Of a stretch of DNA of 30,748 nucleotides, positions 1 through 8,514 are shown in pieces. This DNA comes from Miltoncostaeaceae bacterium (lineage in GTDB: Bacteria > Actinomycetota > Thermoleophilia > Miltoncostaeales > Miltoncostaeaceae): contig DATAGF010000183.1 of NCBI GenBank assembly GCA_036257075.1, positions 1 through 30,748 on the forward strand. Direction: 5' to 3'. The position numbers were made by a program, and so were the translations under genes. The notes under the pieces are model-generated. The model was not told the DNA's origin and did not search any database. It saw only the letters and a program-made list of their open reading frames with translations. The stretch's first letter is position 1. Each line of letters opens with the position of its first letter.

Positions 1-1
1 G

Positions 2-274
2 CGTCTTGGGGTCGAAGCCGCCCAGCGGCAGCAGCCGCAGGTAGCCGGCGTCCTCGACGTGGCTGACCATGAAGCCGATCTCGTCCATGTGGGCCGACAG
101 CATCAGGCGCGGGCCGCCGCGCCCGGCGCGGCGGGCGACCAAGCTCCCGAGCGGGTCGACCGTGACCTCGTCGGCGATCGGCTCCAGCTCGCGGCGGGCG
201 ACCTCGCGGATGCGCTCCTCCCGCCCGGGGGCGCCCGGGGTCTCGCACAGCTCGGCCAGCAGGTCGATGTTCAC
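2..274 (-). CDS. M42 family metallopeptidase (aminopeptidase/endoglucanase-like), 5' part only, runs off the window
   Basis: My translation from GTG at 274 is MNIDLLAELCETPGAPGREERIRE...DPLGSL...LMLSAHMDEIGFMV...LGGFDP. It contains the M42 PG-x-EE and AHMDEIG motifs. Not in the ORF track because it is truncated. Confidence 0.9.
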   Translation of the reverse strand, partial: MNIDLLAELCETPGAPGREERIREVARRELEPIADEVTVDPLGSLVARRAGRGGPRLMLSAHMDEIGFMVSHVEDAGYLRLLPLGGFDPKT

Positions 275-281
275 GCGGGGC

Positions 282-287
282 ACCGTA
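282..287 (-). promoter_or_regulatory. Putative -10 box TACGGT, 7 nt upstream of the M42 GTG start (leaderless mRNA)
   Basis: Fits TANNNT with a 7-nt spacing to the start codon, and there is no SD sequence. Confidence 0.5.
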
Positions 288-317
288 GCCGAAGGGTGAG
301 CCCCGATGCGCGAAAAC

Positions 318-582
318 GAGACCCGGGCACGGTGGTGTTGACTCTTCCGGCGCCCGCCCCGGCCGAAGGCCGGTGCGCCGGTCTGCAAATGGCCCCGGCC
401 AAGGGGCCATTTGCCGCGTGAGCGGGCCCGCAAGAGGCCCGCTCCCTGCGTCGGGCCGCATCTGCGAAAACGGCGCGCCCCGGCCGAAGGCCGGAGCCGT
501 TTTCGCCGGCGCGCCCGGGCAATCCCGGTCTCAGCTGCAGTATCAGAGCTCCGAAAGCATCAGAGCTCCGAAGCCTCGGAGC
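318..582. repeat. Nested palindromic intergenic element (REP/MITE-like or structured RNA) plus a 2x17-bp tandem repeat
   Basis: Near-terminal inverted repeat GAGACCCGGG (318-327) / CCCGGTCTC (524-532). Hairpins at 347-381, 385-414 (12-bp perfect stem), 420-444 (9-bp stem) and 464-506 (11-bp stem). CCGGCCGAAGGCCGG occurs twice. Tandem AG(T/C)ATCAGAGCTCCGAA at 539-555 and 556-572. Confidence 0.7.
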
Positions 583-1383
583 TCAGTAGACCAGCCAGAC
601 GGTCAGGAAGTAGCCCGCGACCGCGCCGAACAGGAGGGCGTCGAAGCGGTCGAGCACCCCGCCGTGGGCGAGCAGCAGGCGCCCCGAGTCCTTGGCGCCG
701 GCGTCGCGCTTGAGCATCGACTCGAAGAGGTCGCCGAGGTAGGCCGCCGGGCAGATCGCCAGGCCGAGGATCAGGGACTCCCAGCCGCTGATCCAGTCCA
801 TGTAGAGCCCGGCGATCCAGACCGCGAGCGTGCCCGCTGCGAGCCCGATCACCGCGCCCTCGACGGTCTTCTTCGGCGACGTGCGGGGGGCGATGGGGGT
901 CCGGCCCCAGAGGCGCCCGCCGACGTAGGAGGCGGTGTCGAAGACCCAGACGCCGATCAGGACGTTCACGACGGCGGCGGCGCCGTGCGGCAGCTCCCTG
1001 GTGAGCACGAGGGCGCCGAGCGGCAGGCCGAGGTAGACGACGCCGAGCAGGGTGGTCGACATGCGGGTGGTGATGTCGTCGCGGCGGGGCAGGATCAGCC
1101 CGGCCACGGCGACGAGCACGAGGCTGAGCGCGAGGCCGAGGACGACGCCCCGGTCGCCGGGGTCGTAGCCCCAGGCGAGGAGCACGATCAGGATCGTGCC
1201 CAGGTAGCCGGCCCAGCGCAGCGGCCGCTGGGCGGCCGTGAGGCTGTACAGCTCGTAGAGGCCCAGGACCCCGATGGCCGCGGCAACGATGGCGAAGGGG
1301 GCGCCGCCGATCGCCACGACGGCGATCGCGATCGCGATCCCGGGGATCGCGATCGCGAGCCGGCTCGCGAGCGCGGGGTTCAC
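583..1383 (-). CDS. cdsA: Phosphatidate cytidylyltransferase
   Basis: Multi-TM protein with DTASY, SPKKTVEG, GDLFESMLKR, KDSG and HGGVLDRFD motifs. Follows uppS. Confidence 0.95.
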   Translation of the reverse strand: MNPALASRLAIAIPGIAIAIAVVAIGGAPFAIVAAAIGVLGLYELYSLTAAQRPLRWAGYLGTILIVLLAWGYDPGDRGVVLGLALSLVLVAVAGLILPRRDDITTRMSTTLLGVVYLGLPLGALVLTRELPHGAAAVVNVLIGVWVFDTASYVGGRLWGRTPIAPRTSPKKTVEGAVIGLAAGTLAVWIAGLYMDWISGWESLILGLAICPAAYLGDLFESMLKRDAGAKDSGRLLLAHGGVLDRFDALLFGAVAGYFLTVWLVY

Positions 1384-2147
1384 CGCCCGCCGAAGCGGCG
1401 GTGGCGTCGCGCGTAGTCCGCGAGGGCCGCCTCGAGGTCCTCGGGCGAGAAGTCCGGCCAGAGCCGGGGCGAGAAGTACAGCTCGGCGTACGCCGACTGC
1501 CAGAGGAGGAAGTTGGACAGGCGCTGCTCACCGCTCGTGCGGATCACGAGCTCGGGGTCGCGCAGGTCGGGCCCGTAGAGGAAGCGGGCGAACTCGGCCT
1601 CGCCGGCGTCGGGGCCGCACTCGGCGGCGAAGCGGCGCGCCGCGTCCAGGATCTCCTGGCGGCCGCCGTAGTTCATGGCGATGAACAGCCGCAGGCGCTC
1701 GTTGCCCGCCGTGAGGGCCTCCGCCTCGGCGATCTTGGCCCGCAGCGTCTCGTCGAGGTCCTCACAGCGCCCGATGAAGCGGATCTGCACCCGCTCCTCG
1801 TGGAGCTCGGGCACCTCGCGGTCGATCAGCTCGCAGAAGAGCCCCATCAGGTCGTCGACCTCGTCGAGGGGGCGCGACCAGTTCTCGGTGGAGAACGAGA
1901 AGACCGTCAGGTCCTTGATGCCGGCGTCGCCGGCCGCCCGCACGACGCGCTTGAGCGCCCGCGCGCCCGCCCGGTGGCCGGCGCCCACCGGCAGGCGGCG
2001 GACGCGGGCCCAGCGGCCGTTGCCGTCCATGATGATGGCGACCGACGACGGGACCTCGGTGAGGCCCGCCGGTCGCTCCTGGGGCTCGCTCGCCCGCCTG
2101 AGCCCGAGGACGGAGCGGGCGGTGCGCAGCCGGGTTCGGATCGTCAC
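1380..2147 (-). CDS. uppS: Undecaprenyl/polyprenyl diphosphate synthase
   Basis: IIMDGNGRWA, FSFSTENWSR, NYGGRQEI and RTSGEQRLSNFLLWQSAYAE motifs. Confidence 0.96.
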   Translation of the reverse strand: MTIRTRLRTARSVLGLRRASEPQERPAGLTEVPSSVAIIMDGNGRWARVRRLPVGAGHRAGARALKRVVRAAGDAGIKDLTVFSFSTENWSRPLDEVDDLMGLFCELIDREVPELHEERVQIRFIGRCEDLDETLRAKIAEAEALTAGNERLRLFIAMNYGGRQEILDAARRFAAECGPDAGEAEFARFLYGPDLRDPELVIRTSGEQRLSNFLLWQSAYAELYFSPRLWPDFSPEDLEAALADYARRHRRFGGR

Positions 2148-2160
2148 CCTCGGCCCGCCG

Positions 2161-2718
2161 TCAGACCTCGAGGATCTCGGCCTCTTTGCGGGCCATGAGA
2201 TCGTCGATGGCCTTCACCTCGGCGTCGGTGAGCTTCTGCACCTCGTCCTGGCCCCTGCTCAGCTCGTCGCGCGACAGGTCGCCGTCCTTCTCCGCCCGCT
2301 TCAGCTCGTTAAGCACGTCGCGGCGCACGTTGCGCACCGCCACCCGTGCCTCCTCGGCCATCTTGTGCACGAGGCGGACCATCTCCTTCCGCCGCTCCTC
2401 CGTGAGTTGGGGCACCGGCAGCCGGATGATCTGGCCGTCGTTGTTCGGCGTGAGACCGAGGTCGGACTCCATGATCGCCTTCTCGACCGAGGCCATGATG
2501 CTGCGGTCGTACGGCTGCACGGTGAGGAGCCGCGGCTCCGGGGCGTTGATGGTCGCGAGCTGGTTGAGCGGGGTGCGGGTGCCGTAGGCCTCGACCGTGA
2601 CGCGGTCCAGCAACCCGGTCGACGCCCGCCCGGTGCGCACGGTCTGGAACTCACTCGCGAGGGCCTTCACCGCGCCCTCCATCCGCCGTTTCGTGTCCTT
2701 CAGCCGATCCTCATCCAC
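2161..2718 (-). CDS. frr: Ribosome recycling factor
   Basis: RTGRAS, NNDGQIIR, LTEERRKE and RVAVRNVRRD motifs, 185 aa, conserved gene context. Confidence 0.97.
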   Translation of the reverse strand: MDEDRLKDTKRRMEGAVKALASEFQTVRTGRASTGLLDRVTVEAYGTRTPLNQLATINAPEPRLLTVQPYDRSIMASVEKAIMESDLGLTPNNDGQIIRLPVPQLTEERRKEMVRLVHKMAEEARVAVRNVRRDVLNELKRAEKDGDLSRDELSRGQDEVQKLTDAEVKAIDDLMARKEAEILEV

Positions 2719-2736
2719 CGCCGCCCCCTCGATCGG

Positions 2737-3507
2737 TCATTCCGTGACAACCATCGTGCCGACCTGCTCGCCGTCGAGCAGCCGCCCGATGTTGGCCTCG
2801 TCGCTCATGTTGAAGACGAAGATTGGCAGCCCGTTGTCCATGCAGAGCGTCAGGGCGGTGGTGTCCATCACCTTCAGGCCGCGCTCGATCGCCTGCATGT
2901 GGCTGATCCGCGGGATCAGCTTGGCGTCGGGGACCTCGCGCGGGTCGGCGTCGAGCACGCCCTCGACGCGGTTCTTGGCCATGAGGATGCACTCGGCGCC
3001 GATCTCCAGCGCGCGCAGCGCGGCCGTCGTGTCGGTCGTGAAGAACGGGTTGCCCGTGCCGCCGGCGAAGATGACGACCCGGCCCTTCTCGAGGTGGCGG
3101 ATGGCGCGCCGACGGATGTAGGGCTCGGCGACCTCCTGCATCGCGATCGCCGACTGCACCCGGGTCGTGAGGCCCAGCTTCTCGAGCGCGTCCTGGATCG
3201 CCAGCGCGTTGAGCACGGTGGCGATCATGCCCATGTAGTCGGCCGTCGCGCGGTCCATGCCGATCGCCATGCCCTGGAGGCCGCGGAAGATGTTGCCCGC
3301 GCCCACGACGATCGCCACGCCGACGCCGCGCTCCACGGCGTTGTGGACCTGCCGGGCGATGGCCGCGATGCGCTCCGGGTCGATGCCGTAGGGCTCGTCG
3401 CCCATCAGGGCCTCGCCGGAGAGCTTCAGCACCACCCGCGAGAAGGCCGGGCCGCCCGCGACGGCGGCGGCCCGCGCACCGTCGCCCGGGGCGGAGCTAC
3501 TGGCCAA
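2737..3507 (-). CDS. pyrH: UMP kinase
   Basis: [38 protein letters not shown] and KVMDTTA motifs. The TTG start overlapping the tsf end is uncertain. Confidence 0.96.
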   Translation of the reverse strand: MASSSAPGDGARAAAVAGGPAFSRVVLKLSGEALMGDEPYGIDPERIAAIARQVHNAVERGVGVAIVVGAGNIFRGLQGMAIGMDRATADYMGMIATVLNALAIQDALEKLGLTTRVQSAIAMQEVAEPYIRRRAIRHLEKGRVVIFAGGTGNPFFTTDTTAALRALEIGAECILMAKNRVEGVLDADPREVPDAKLIPRISHMQAIERGLKVMDTTALTLCMDNGLPIFVFNMSDEANIGRLLDGEQVGTMVVTE

Positions 3508-4102
3508 GCTCGAAGAGGCTGAAGCGCCGGATGGTGATGTTCTCGCCCAGGCTCCCGGCCGCCTCCGCCCGAAGCTCCTCGATGGTGCGCGGCTTCTTCT
3601 CCCCCTGGTCCCGGACGTACTCCTGGTCGAGGAGGCAGATGGACTTCAGATGCTTGGCCAGCTTGCCCTCGACGGCCCGCTCGCGCGCGTGCTCCGGGAT
3701 GTCCTGGGCCTGGGCCTCGTAGATCGCCCGCTCGGCGGCGATGTACTCCTCCGGGACCTCGTCGCTGCTCACGAAGCGCGGCTTGAGCGCCGCGATGTGC
3801 AGCGCGATCTCGTGCACGAAGTCCTTGAACTGGTCGGTGCGGGCGACGAAGTCGGTCTCGCAGTTCACCTCGACCAGCACGCCGACCCGGCCGCCCGCGT
3901 GGATGTAGCTGTCCACCAGGCCCTCGTTGGCGGCACGGCCGGCTCGCTTGGCGGCGTCGGCGAGCCCCTTGGTGCGCAGGGCGGTGGTCGCCGCCTCGAT
4001 GTCGCCGCCGGCCTCCTCGAGCGCCCGCTTGCAGTCCATCATCCCGGCGCCCGTCCTCTCGCGCAGGTCCTTCACCAGCTGGGCAGGGATGGCGGTGCTC
4101 AC
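3497..4102 (-). CDS. tsf: Elongation factor Ts (short, about 201-aa form)
   Basis: [23 protein letters not shown] and [10 protein letters not shown] motifs. The GTG start at 4102 overlaps the rpsB TGA (GTGA); the upstream part of the track ORF is spurious. Confidence 0.96.
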   Translation of the reverse strand: MSTAIPAQLVKDLRERTGAGMMDCKRALEEAGGDIEAATTALRTKGLADAAKRAGRAANEGLVDSYIHAGGRVGVLVEVNCETDFVARTDQFKDFVHEIALHIAALKPRFVSSDEVPEEYIAAERAIYEAQAQDIPEHARERAVEGKLAKHLKSICLLDQEYVRDQGEKKPRTIEELRAEAAGSLGENITIRRFSLFELGQ

Positions 4103-5079
4103 GCGGTGTCCTCTCCGTCGGCGGCCGGCGCGGCCTCGGTGGCCGGCTCGGCCGGCGTGGGCTCGGGCTCGGGAGCCTCGGGGGCGGGCTCGGGGGTCGC
4201 CTCGGGAGCGGGCTCGGGGGTCGGCTCGGCGACGGGCTCCGGGGTCGCGTCGGCGGCGGGCTCCGGGGCGGGCTCGGGGGTCGGCTCCGGCTGGGGCGCC
4301 TCCGGCGCCGGGGCCTCGGCGGCCGGCGCCGGGGGCTCGGGCGCCCCCTCGTCGCCGGCCGGCGCCTGGCCGTCGGCCGGGATCCCGGACGCCGGGACCC
4401 GGGCCTTGCCCTCGATGATCGCGTCCGCGAGCGCGCCGACGATCAGGTTGCACGAGCGGATCGCGTCGTCGTTGCCCGGGATGACGTAGGTGGCCTCGTC
4501 CGGGTCGCAGTTGGTGTCGACGAGCCCGATGACCGCCAGGCCGAGGCGATTGGCCTCACGCACCCCGATGGCCTCCTTCTTGAGGTCCACGATCACCACC
4601 GCGTCGGGCAGGCGCTGCATGTCGGCGACGCCGCCGAGGTTCGTCTCGAGCTTGGTGAGCTCGCCCTCCCGGGCAAGGCGCTCGCGCGTCGGGAGCAGGT
4701 CGAGCTGGCCCTCGCGCTTCTGGTTGCGCAGCTCGTGGAGGCGCCGGATGCGCTGGGAGATCGTTCCCCAGTTCGTCAGCAGCCCGCCCAGCCAGCGGTG
4801 CGACACGTACGGCATGCCGGCGCGCGCCGCGTGCTCCTGGATCGCGTCCTGGCACTGCTTCTTCGTCCCGACGAAGAGGACGGTGCCGCCGCGCTCGGCG
4901 ATGTCGCGCACGACGTCCATCGCCTCCTGCAGGAGCACGATGGTCTGCTGGAGGTCGATGATGTAGATGCCGCCGCGCTCGCCGAAGATGTAGCGCTTCA
5001 TCTTCGGGTTCCAGCGGCGGGTCTGGTGCCCGAAGTGGACCCCGGACTCCAGCAGTTGCTTCATGGTGACGGTGGCCAC
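4099..5079 (-). CDS. rpsB: 30S ribosomal protein S2 with a Pro/Ala/Glu-rich C-terminal tail
   Basis: [30 protein letters not shown] and [10 protein letters not shown] motifs. Confidence 0.98.
   Translation of the reverse strand: MATVTMKQLLESGVHFGHQTRRWNPKMKRYIFGERGGIYIIDLQQTIVLLQEAMDVVRDIAERGGTVLFVGTKKQCQDAIQEHAARAGMPYVSHRWLGGLLTNWGTISQRIRRLHELRNQKREGQLDLLPTRERLAREGELTKLETNLGGVADMQRLPDAVVIVDLKKEAIGVREANRLGLAVIGLVDTNCDPDEATYVIPGNDDAIRSCNLIVGALADAIIEGKARVPASGIPADGQAPAGDEGAPEPPAPAAEAPAPEAPQPEPTPEPAPEPAADATPEPVAEPTPEPAPEATPEPAPEAPEPEPTPAEPATEAAPAADGEDTA
4110..4390 (-). repeat. Low-complexity coding repeats ([10 protein letters not shown]-like) in the S2 tail
   Basis: Repeated GGCTCGGGG(G/A)(T/C)CG-type units encode PEP(T/A)PE motifs. 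Confidence 0.75.
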
Positions 5080-5226
5080 GGGCGGCTCCCTGGGCTGCGG
5101 TTTGGCGTGTCGGGCGCCGGCGCGGGCCGATGGACCGAGGGCGCGCGTCGTCGGGGACGCCGCGCCCCGGCACCGCCATCTGGCGGGTTCGCGCCGGGGA
5201 GAGGGCCGGATGTGCTGCGGCCCGCG
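5080..5226 (-). promoter_or_regulatory. Putative rpsB 5' leader (S2 autoregulatory structure)
   Basis: About 150-nt GC-rich leader after the -10 box TAACAT (5227-5232). Contains GCACATCCGG...GGTGCC.GGGG...AAACC segments that resemble rpsB leaders as I recall them; not confirmed with a covariance model. Confidence 0.5.
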
Positions 5227-5232
5227 ATGTTA
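5227..5232 (-). promoter_or_regulatory. Putative -10 box TAACAT of the rpsB-tsf operon, overlapping the rluD TAA stop
   Basis: TANNNT match at the expected position upstream of the leader. Confidence 0.6.
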
Positions 5233-6165
5233 GCGCGCGGGCGCTTCCCCTCGCGCACGGTCCAGCGCCGCCTGCAGGTCGGCGGGGAGGGGGCTCTCGA
5301 CCTCGACCGGCTCCCCCGTCTCGGGATGCGGGAAGGCGAGGCGCCCGGCGTGGAGGAACTGGCGGTCGAGGCCGAGCGTCTCGGGCCGCCGCCCGTAGAC
5401 CCGGTCGCCGACGACGGGGTGGCCCACCGACTCGAGGTGCACGCGGATCTGGTGGGTTCGCCCGGTCTCGAGGCGCGCCTCCAGCAGGGAGAAGCGGCCC
5501 AGTTCCTCGAGCCGGCGGAGGTGGGTGACGGCCTCACGGCCGTCCGCGGCGCCCACGGCCATGCGCGTGCGGGCCCGCCGGTCGCGCCCGACCGCCCTGT
5601 CGATGGTGAGGGCGGGCGGCGCGGCGCCGTGCACGAGGGCCAGGTAGCGGCGGTCCACCAGGCGGTCGCGCATCATCCGCTGGAGGCGGCGGTGGGCGCG
5701 CTCCGAGCGGGCGACCACGAGCAGGCCCGAGGTGTCGCGGTCCAGCCGGTGGACGATGCCCGGGCGGGCCGGGTCCTGGCCGCCGGCGATGTCGCGCGCG
5801 ACCAGGCCGTGCACGAGCGTGCCGGCGCGGTGGCCGGCGCTCGGGTGCACGACGACGCCGGCCGGCTTGTCGACCACCAGCAGGTGGTCGTCCTCGTAGC
5901 GCACCGTCAGGGGCATGTCCTCCGGCTCGATCCCCGCCGGCGGGGGCGGCGCCGGGCGCACGAGCACCGACTCGCCCTCGGCGAGGAGGTGCCGCTTCGG
6001 GACGGCCCGCCCGTCCACCAGGACCCGCCCGGCCTCGATCAGGCGCTGCGCCTCGGCGCGGCTGCCGACCTCGGCGAGCCCGCCGACCACCGCGTCGAGG
6101 CGGCGGCCGGCCTCGCCGGCGCCGACTGCGAGCCGGACCGGAGGCGGGTCAGCCCGCTCGCTCAT
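5230..6165 (-). CDS. rluD: RluA/RluD family 23S rRNA pseudouridine synthase with S4 domain
   Basis: RLDAVV S4 motif, VVDKPAGVVVHP, GIVHRLDRDTSGL, LETGRTHQIRVH and GDRVYG motifs. ATG at 6165, downstream of lspA. Confidence 0.93.
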   Translation of the reverse strand: MSERADPPPVRLAVGAGEAGRRLDAVVGGLAEVGSRAEAQRLIEAGRVLVDGRAVPKRHLLAEGESVLVRPAPPPPAGIEPEDMPLTVRYEDDHLLVVDKPAGVVVHPSAGHRAGTLVHGLVARDIAGGQDPARPGIVHRLDRDTSGLLVVARSERAHRRLQRMMRDRLVDRRYLALVHGAAPPALTIDRAVGRDRRARTRMAVGAADGREAVTHLRRLEELGRFSLLEARLETGRTHQIRVHLESVGHPVVGDRVYGRRPETLGLDRQFLHAGRLAFPHPETGEPVEVESPLPADLQAALDRARGEAPAR

Positions 6166-6691
6166 CCTCCTCGCCCCCCTCGCCGTCGCGCAGCAGGCCG
6201 AGCACGATGAGGACGGCGCCGGCCGTGATGCCGAGGTCGGCCACGTTGAAGGCCGGCCAGCGGGCGAAGTCGATGAAGTCGGTGACCGCCCCGTGGGCGA
6301 GGCGGTCGATGAGGTTCCCGAGGCTGCCCCCGACGAGCAGGCCCGCCCCGATGGCGACGGTGTTGTTGCGCGCGACCAGCCCGGCCAGCGCGATGGCGAT
6401 CGCGCACAGGGCGAGCACCGTGAGCACGGCGATCGCCGACTGGCGCCCCGGGAAGAGGCCGAAGGCGATGCCCTCATTGGTGACCCGCGAGACGTCGAAG
6501 CCGGGGAAGACGTCGACGACCTCCCGCGGGGCGAGCGTCTCGCGGATCAGGGCCTTGGAGATCTGGTCGAGGACCAGCACGAGCAACGCGAAGACCGCGA
6601 ACCGCCACCAGCGGGCCTTGGCCTGGCGCCGGCGGCGGCGCTCGATGGCCTGCAGCACCGCGTCGCGGGTGGTCGGCTTGGCCGAGGTCAC
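6149..6691 (-). CDS. lspA: Lipoprotein signal peptidase II
   Basis: LDQISK, NEGIAFG, GNLIDR, VTDFID and AFNVAD motifs. GTG at 6691 overlaps the yggU TGA. Confidence 0.94.
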   Translation of the reverse strand: MTSAKPTTRDAVLQAIERRRRRQAKARWWRFAVFALLVLVLDQISKALIRETLAPREVVDVFPGFDVSRVTNEGIAFGLFPGRQSAIAVLTVLALCAIAIALAGLVARNNTVAIGAGLLVGGSLGNLIDRLAHGAVTDFIDFARWPAFNVADLGITAGAVLIVLGLLRDGEGGEEDERAG

Positions 6692-7029
6692 CGCGCCCCC
6701 TCCCGGGCCTCGCGCCCGTCGGCGCCGATGGCGGCGACCAGCCGGGCGGCGATCCGCTCCGGGTCGCCGTCGATCTCGACCAGCTTGCGCGCGCCGCCCG
6801 ACCCGCGCCGGATGCGCGCCGCCGGCGCGCGCAGCCCCGCCGCACCCGCCAGGTAGGCGCACAGCGCCCCGTTTGCGCGGCCCTCGTGCGGCGGGGCGGC
6901 GATCTGGACCCGCAGCGCCCCCGCCTGGACGCCCACGGCGCGGGTCGAGCGCGAGCGCGGCACGGCCTTGACCGCGACCGTCACCCCGTCGTCGCGAACG
7001 GTGAGCCAGGGGGGGAGCGGGGCGGTCAG
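6688..7029 (-). CDS. yggU: DUF167/YggU family protein (CTG start at 7029, or GTG at 6984)
   Basis: VKAVPRSR, LRVQIAAPPHEGRANGAL and GGARKLVEI motifs, next to yggT. Confidence 0.85.
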   Translation of the reverse strand: MTAPLPPWLTVRDDGVTVAVKAVPRSRSTRAVGVQAGALRVQIAAPPHEGRANGALCAYLAGAAGLRAPAARIRRGSGGARKLVEIDGDPERIAARLVAAIGADGREAREGAR

Positions 7030-7298
7030 AAGTTGTCCAGGAGCGCCAGGACGAGGTTGCGGAGGATGTACAGGACCAGCAGCGCCACGATCGGCGAGAG
7101 GTCGAACATCCCGAGCGGCGGGATGATCCGCCGGAAGAAGCCGAGGAACCACTCGGTGCTCTGGTGGACGAAGTCGAAGATCGCGCGGGTCCAGCGGGAG
7201 CTCGGCGCCACGGGCAGGAACGACAGCAGGATCCGGATGAAGATCACGATGATGAACACCGTGAACAGCGCCGAGATGTAGGTCTCCAGTTGGTCCAC
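7026..7298 (-). CDS. yggT: YggT/YlmG family membrane protein
   Basis: IRILLSFLP, TEWFLGFFRRIIPPLGMFDLSPIVA motifs, two TM helices, 90 aa. Confidence 0.93.
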   Translation of the reverse strand: MDQLETYISALFTVFIIVIFIRILLSFLPVAPSSRWTRAIFDFVHQSTEWFLGFFRRIIPPLGMFDLSPIVALLVLYILRNLVLALLDNF

Positions 7299-7362
7299 GG
7301 AGAGGGAGCGTACAGCGGGCCTCCGGCGGGCCCGCGACGAAGGGCATCGTCATGATCGGCCC

Positions 7363-8508
7363 GTGACCGCGCTGCGCGAGACCCTTCAGCGGCACGTCGA
7401 CGGGGGAGCGGTGGCCGGGGCCGTTGCCCTGGTGGCCCGCGGCGACCGCGTCGCCCTCGAGGCCGTCGGCTCGGCCGGCCTCGAGGGCGACTCTCCGATG
7501 GCCAGGGACTCGATCTTCCGGCTCGCCTCGATCACCAAGCCCATCGTCGCGGCGGCCGTGATGATGCTGGTCGAGGACGGCCTGATCGCGCTGGACGACC
7601 CCGTCGCCGAGTGGCTGCCCGAGCTGGCGTCGCCGAGCGTGGTCCGCACGCCCTCGAGCCCGGTCGAGGACGTCGTGCCCGCGAGGAGGCCGATCACGGT
7701 GCTCGACCTGCTCACCTCGCGGGCCGGCTACGGCTTTCCGTCGGACTTCTCGCTGCCCGCGGTGCAGCTGCTGTTCACGGTCCAGCGGGACGGGCGCCGA
7801 CCCCAGGTCCCCCCGCCCCCGGACGAGTGGATGGCGGCCCTCGCGCGCATCCCGCTCCTTCGCCAGCCGGGCGAGGCGTGGCTCTACAACACCTGCTCCG
7901 ACCTCCAGGGGGTGCTGGTCACCAGGGTCTCGGGGAGGCCGCTCCCCGACTTCCTCGCCGAGCGCCTGTTCGAGCCGCTCGGCATGGCCGACGCCGCGTT
8001 CTGGGTGGAGCCCGGCCGGCTCCACCGCTTCACGAGCTACTACAGGGCCGGGCAGGAGGGCGGCCTGGAGCTCGCCGACGCCCCGGACGGGCAGTGGAGC
8101 CGCCCGCCGCCGTTCCCGTCCGGCGCCGGGGGCCTGGTCGGCACCGCCGATGACTGGCTCGCCTTCGCCCGGATGCTGCTCGCCGACGGGACCGCGGGCG
8201 GTCGCCGGCTGCTGTCGCCGGAGTCGGTGCGCCGCATGACCACCGACCACCTGACCCCCTCACAGCGCGAGGGCGGCGCGCTGTTTCTTGAGGGCCAGGG
8301 CTGGGGGTTCGGCGGCTCGGTGGACGTCGCCCGCATCGACCCCTGGAACGTCCCGGGCCGCTACGGCTGGGTCGGCGGCACCGGGACGTCGGCCCACATC
8401 GTGCCGTCGGCCGGCGCGGTCGCCATCCTGCTCACCCAGATCGCCGCGGCCGGGCCGACGCCGCCCGAGCCGATGCGCGACTTCTGGCGCCACGCCGCCG
8501 GCGGCTGA
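7363..8508 (+). CDS. Serine hydrolase, beta-lactamase/class C esterase family
   Basis: SxxK (FRLASITKP), LLTSRAG, YxN-like (WLYNT), GAGGLVGTADD and YGWVGGTGT motifs. Confidence 0.9.
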   Translation: MTALRETLQRHVDGGAVAGAVALVARGDRVALEAVGSAGLEGDSPMARDSIFRLASITKPIVAAAVMMLVEDGLIALDDPVAEWLPELASPSVVRTPSSPVEDVVPARRPITVLDLLTSRAGYGFPSDFSLPAVQLLFTVQRDGRRPQVPPPPDEWMAALARIPLLRQPGEAWLYNTCSDLQGVLVTRVSGRPLPDFLAERLFEPLGMADAAFWVEPGRLHRFTSYYRAGQEGGLELADAPDGQWSRPPPFPSGAGGLVGTADDWLAFARMLLADGTAGGRRLLSPESVRRMTTDHLTPSQREGGALFLEGQGWGFGGSVDVARIDPWNVPGRYGWVGGTGTSAHIVPSAGAVAILLTQIAAAGPTPPEPMRDFWRHAAGG

Positions 8509-8514
8509 GCGGCC

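Noticed and set aside
318-532. Palindromic element as an integron attC site or a tRNA
   Set aside because: It has no RYYYAAC/GTTRRRY ends and no cloverleaf with a T-loop GTTC motif.
539-582. 17-bp direct repeats as a possible mini-CRISPR
   Set aside because: Only two adjacent copies with no spacer, and no cas genes in the window.
373-5528. Long plus-strand ORFs (373..1416, 1401..2198, 1675..3522, 3650..4489, 4735..6210 and others)
   Set aside because: They are antisense shadows of conserved minus-strand genes. Long open frames are expected at this GC content, and the translations have no motifs.
6688-8250. 520-aa ORF that looks like a large DUF167 fusion
   Set aside because: Only the last roughly 113 codons are YggU-like. 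The rest is an alternative frame of yggT and antisense to the serine hydrolase.
7363-8508. Calling the serine hydrolase a true beta-lactamase resistance gene
   Set aside because: There is no signal peptide and no KTG motif. It fits cytoplasmic esterase-like members of the family better.
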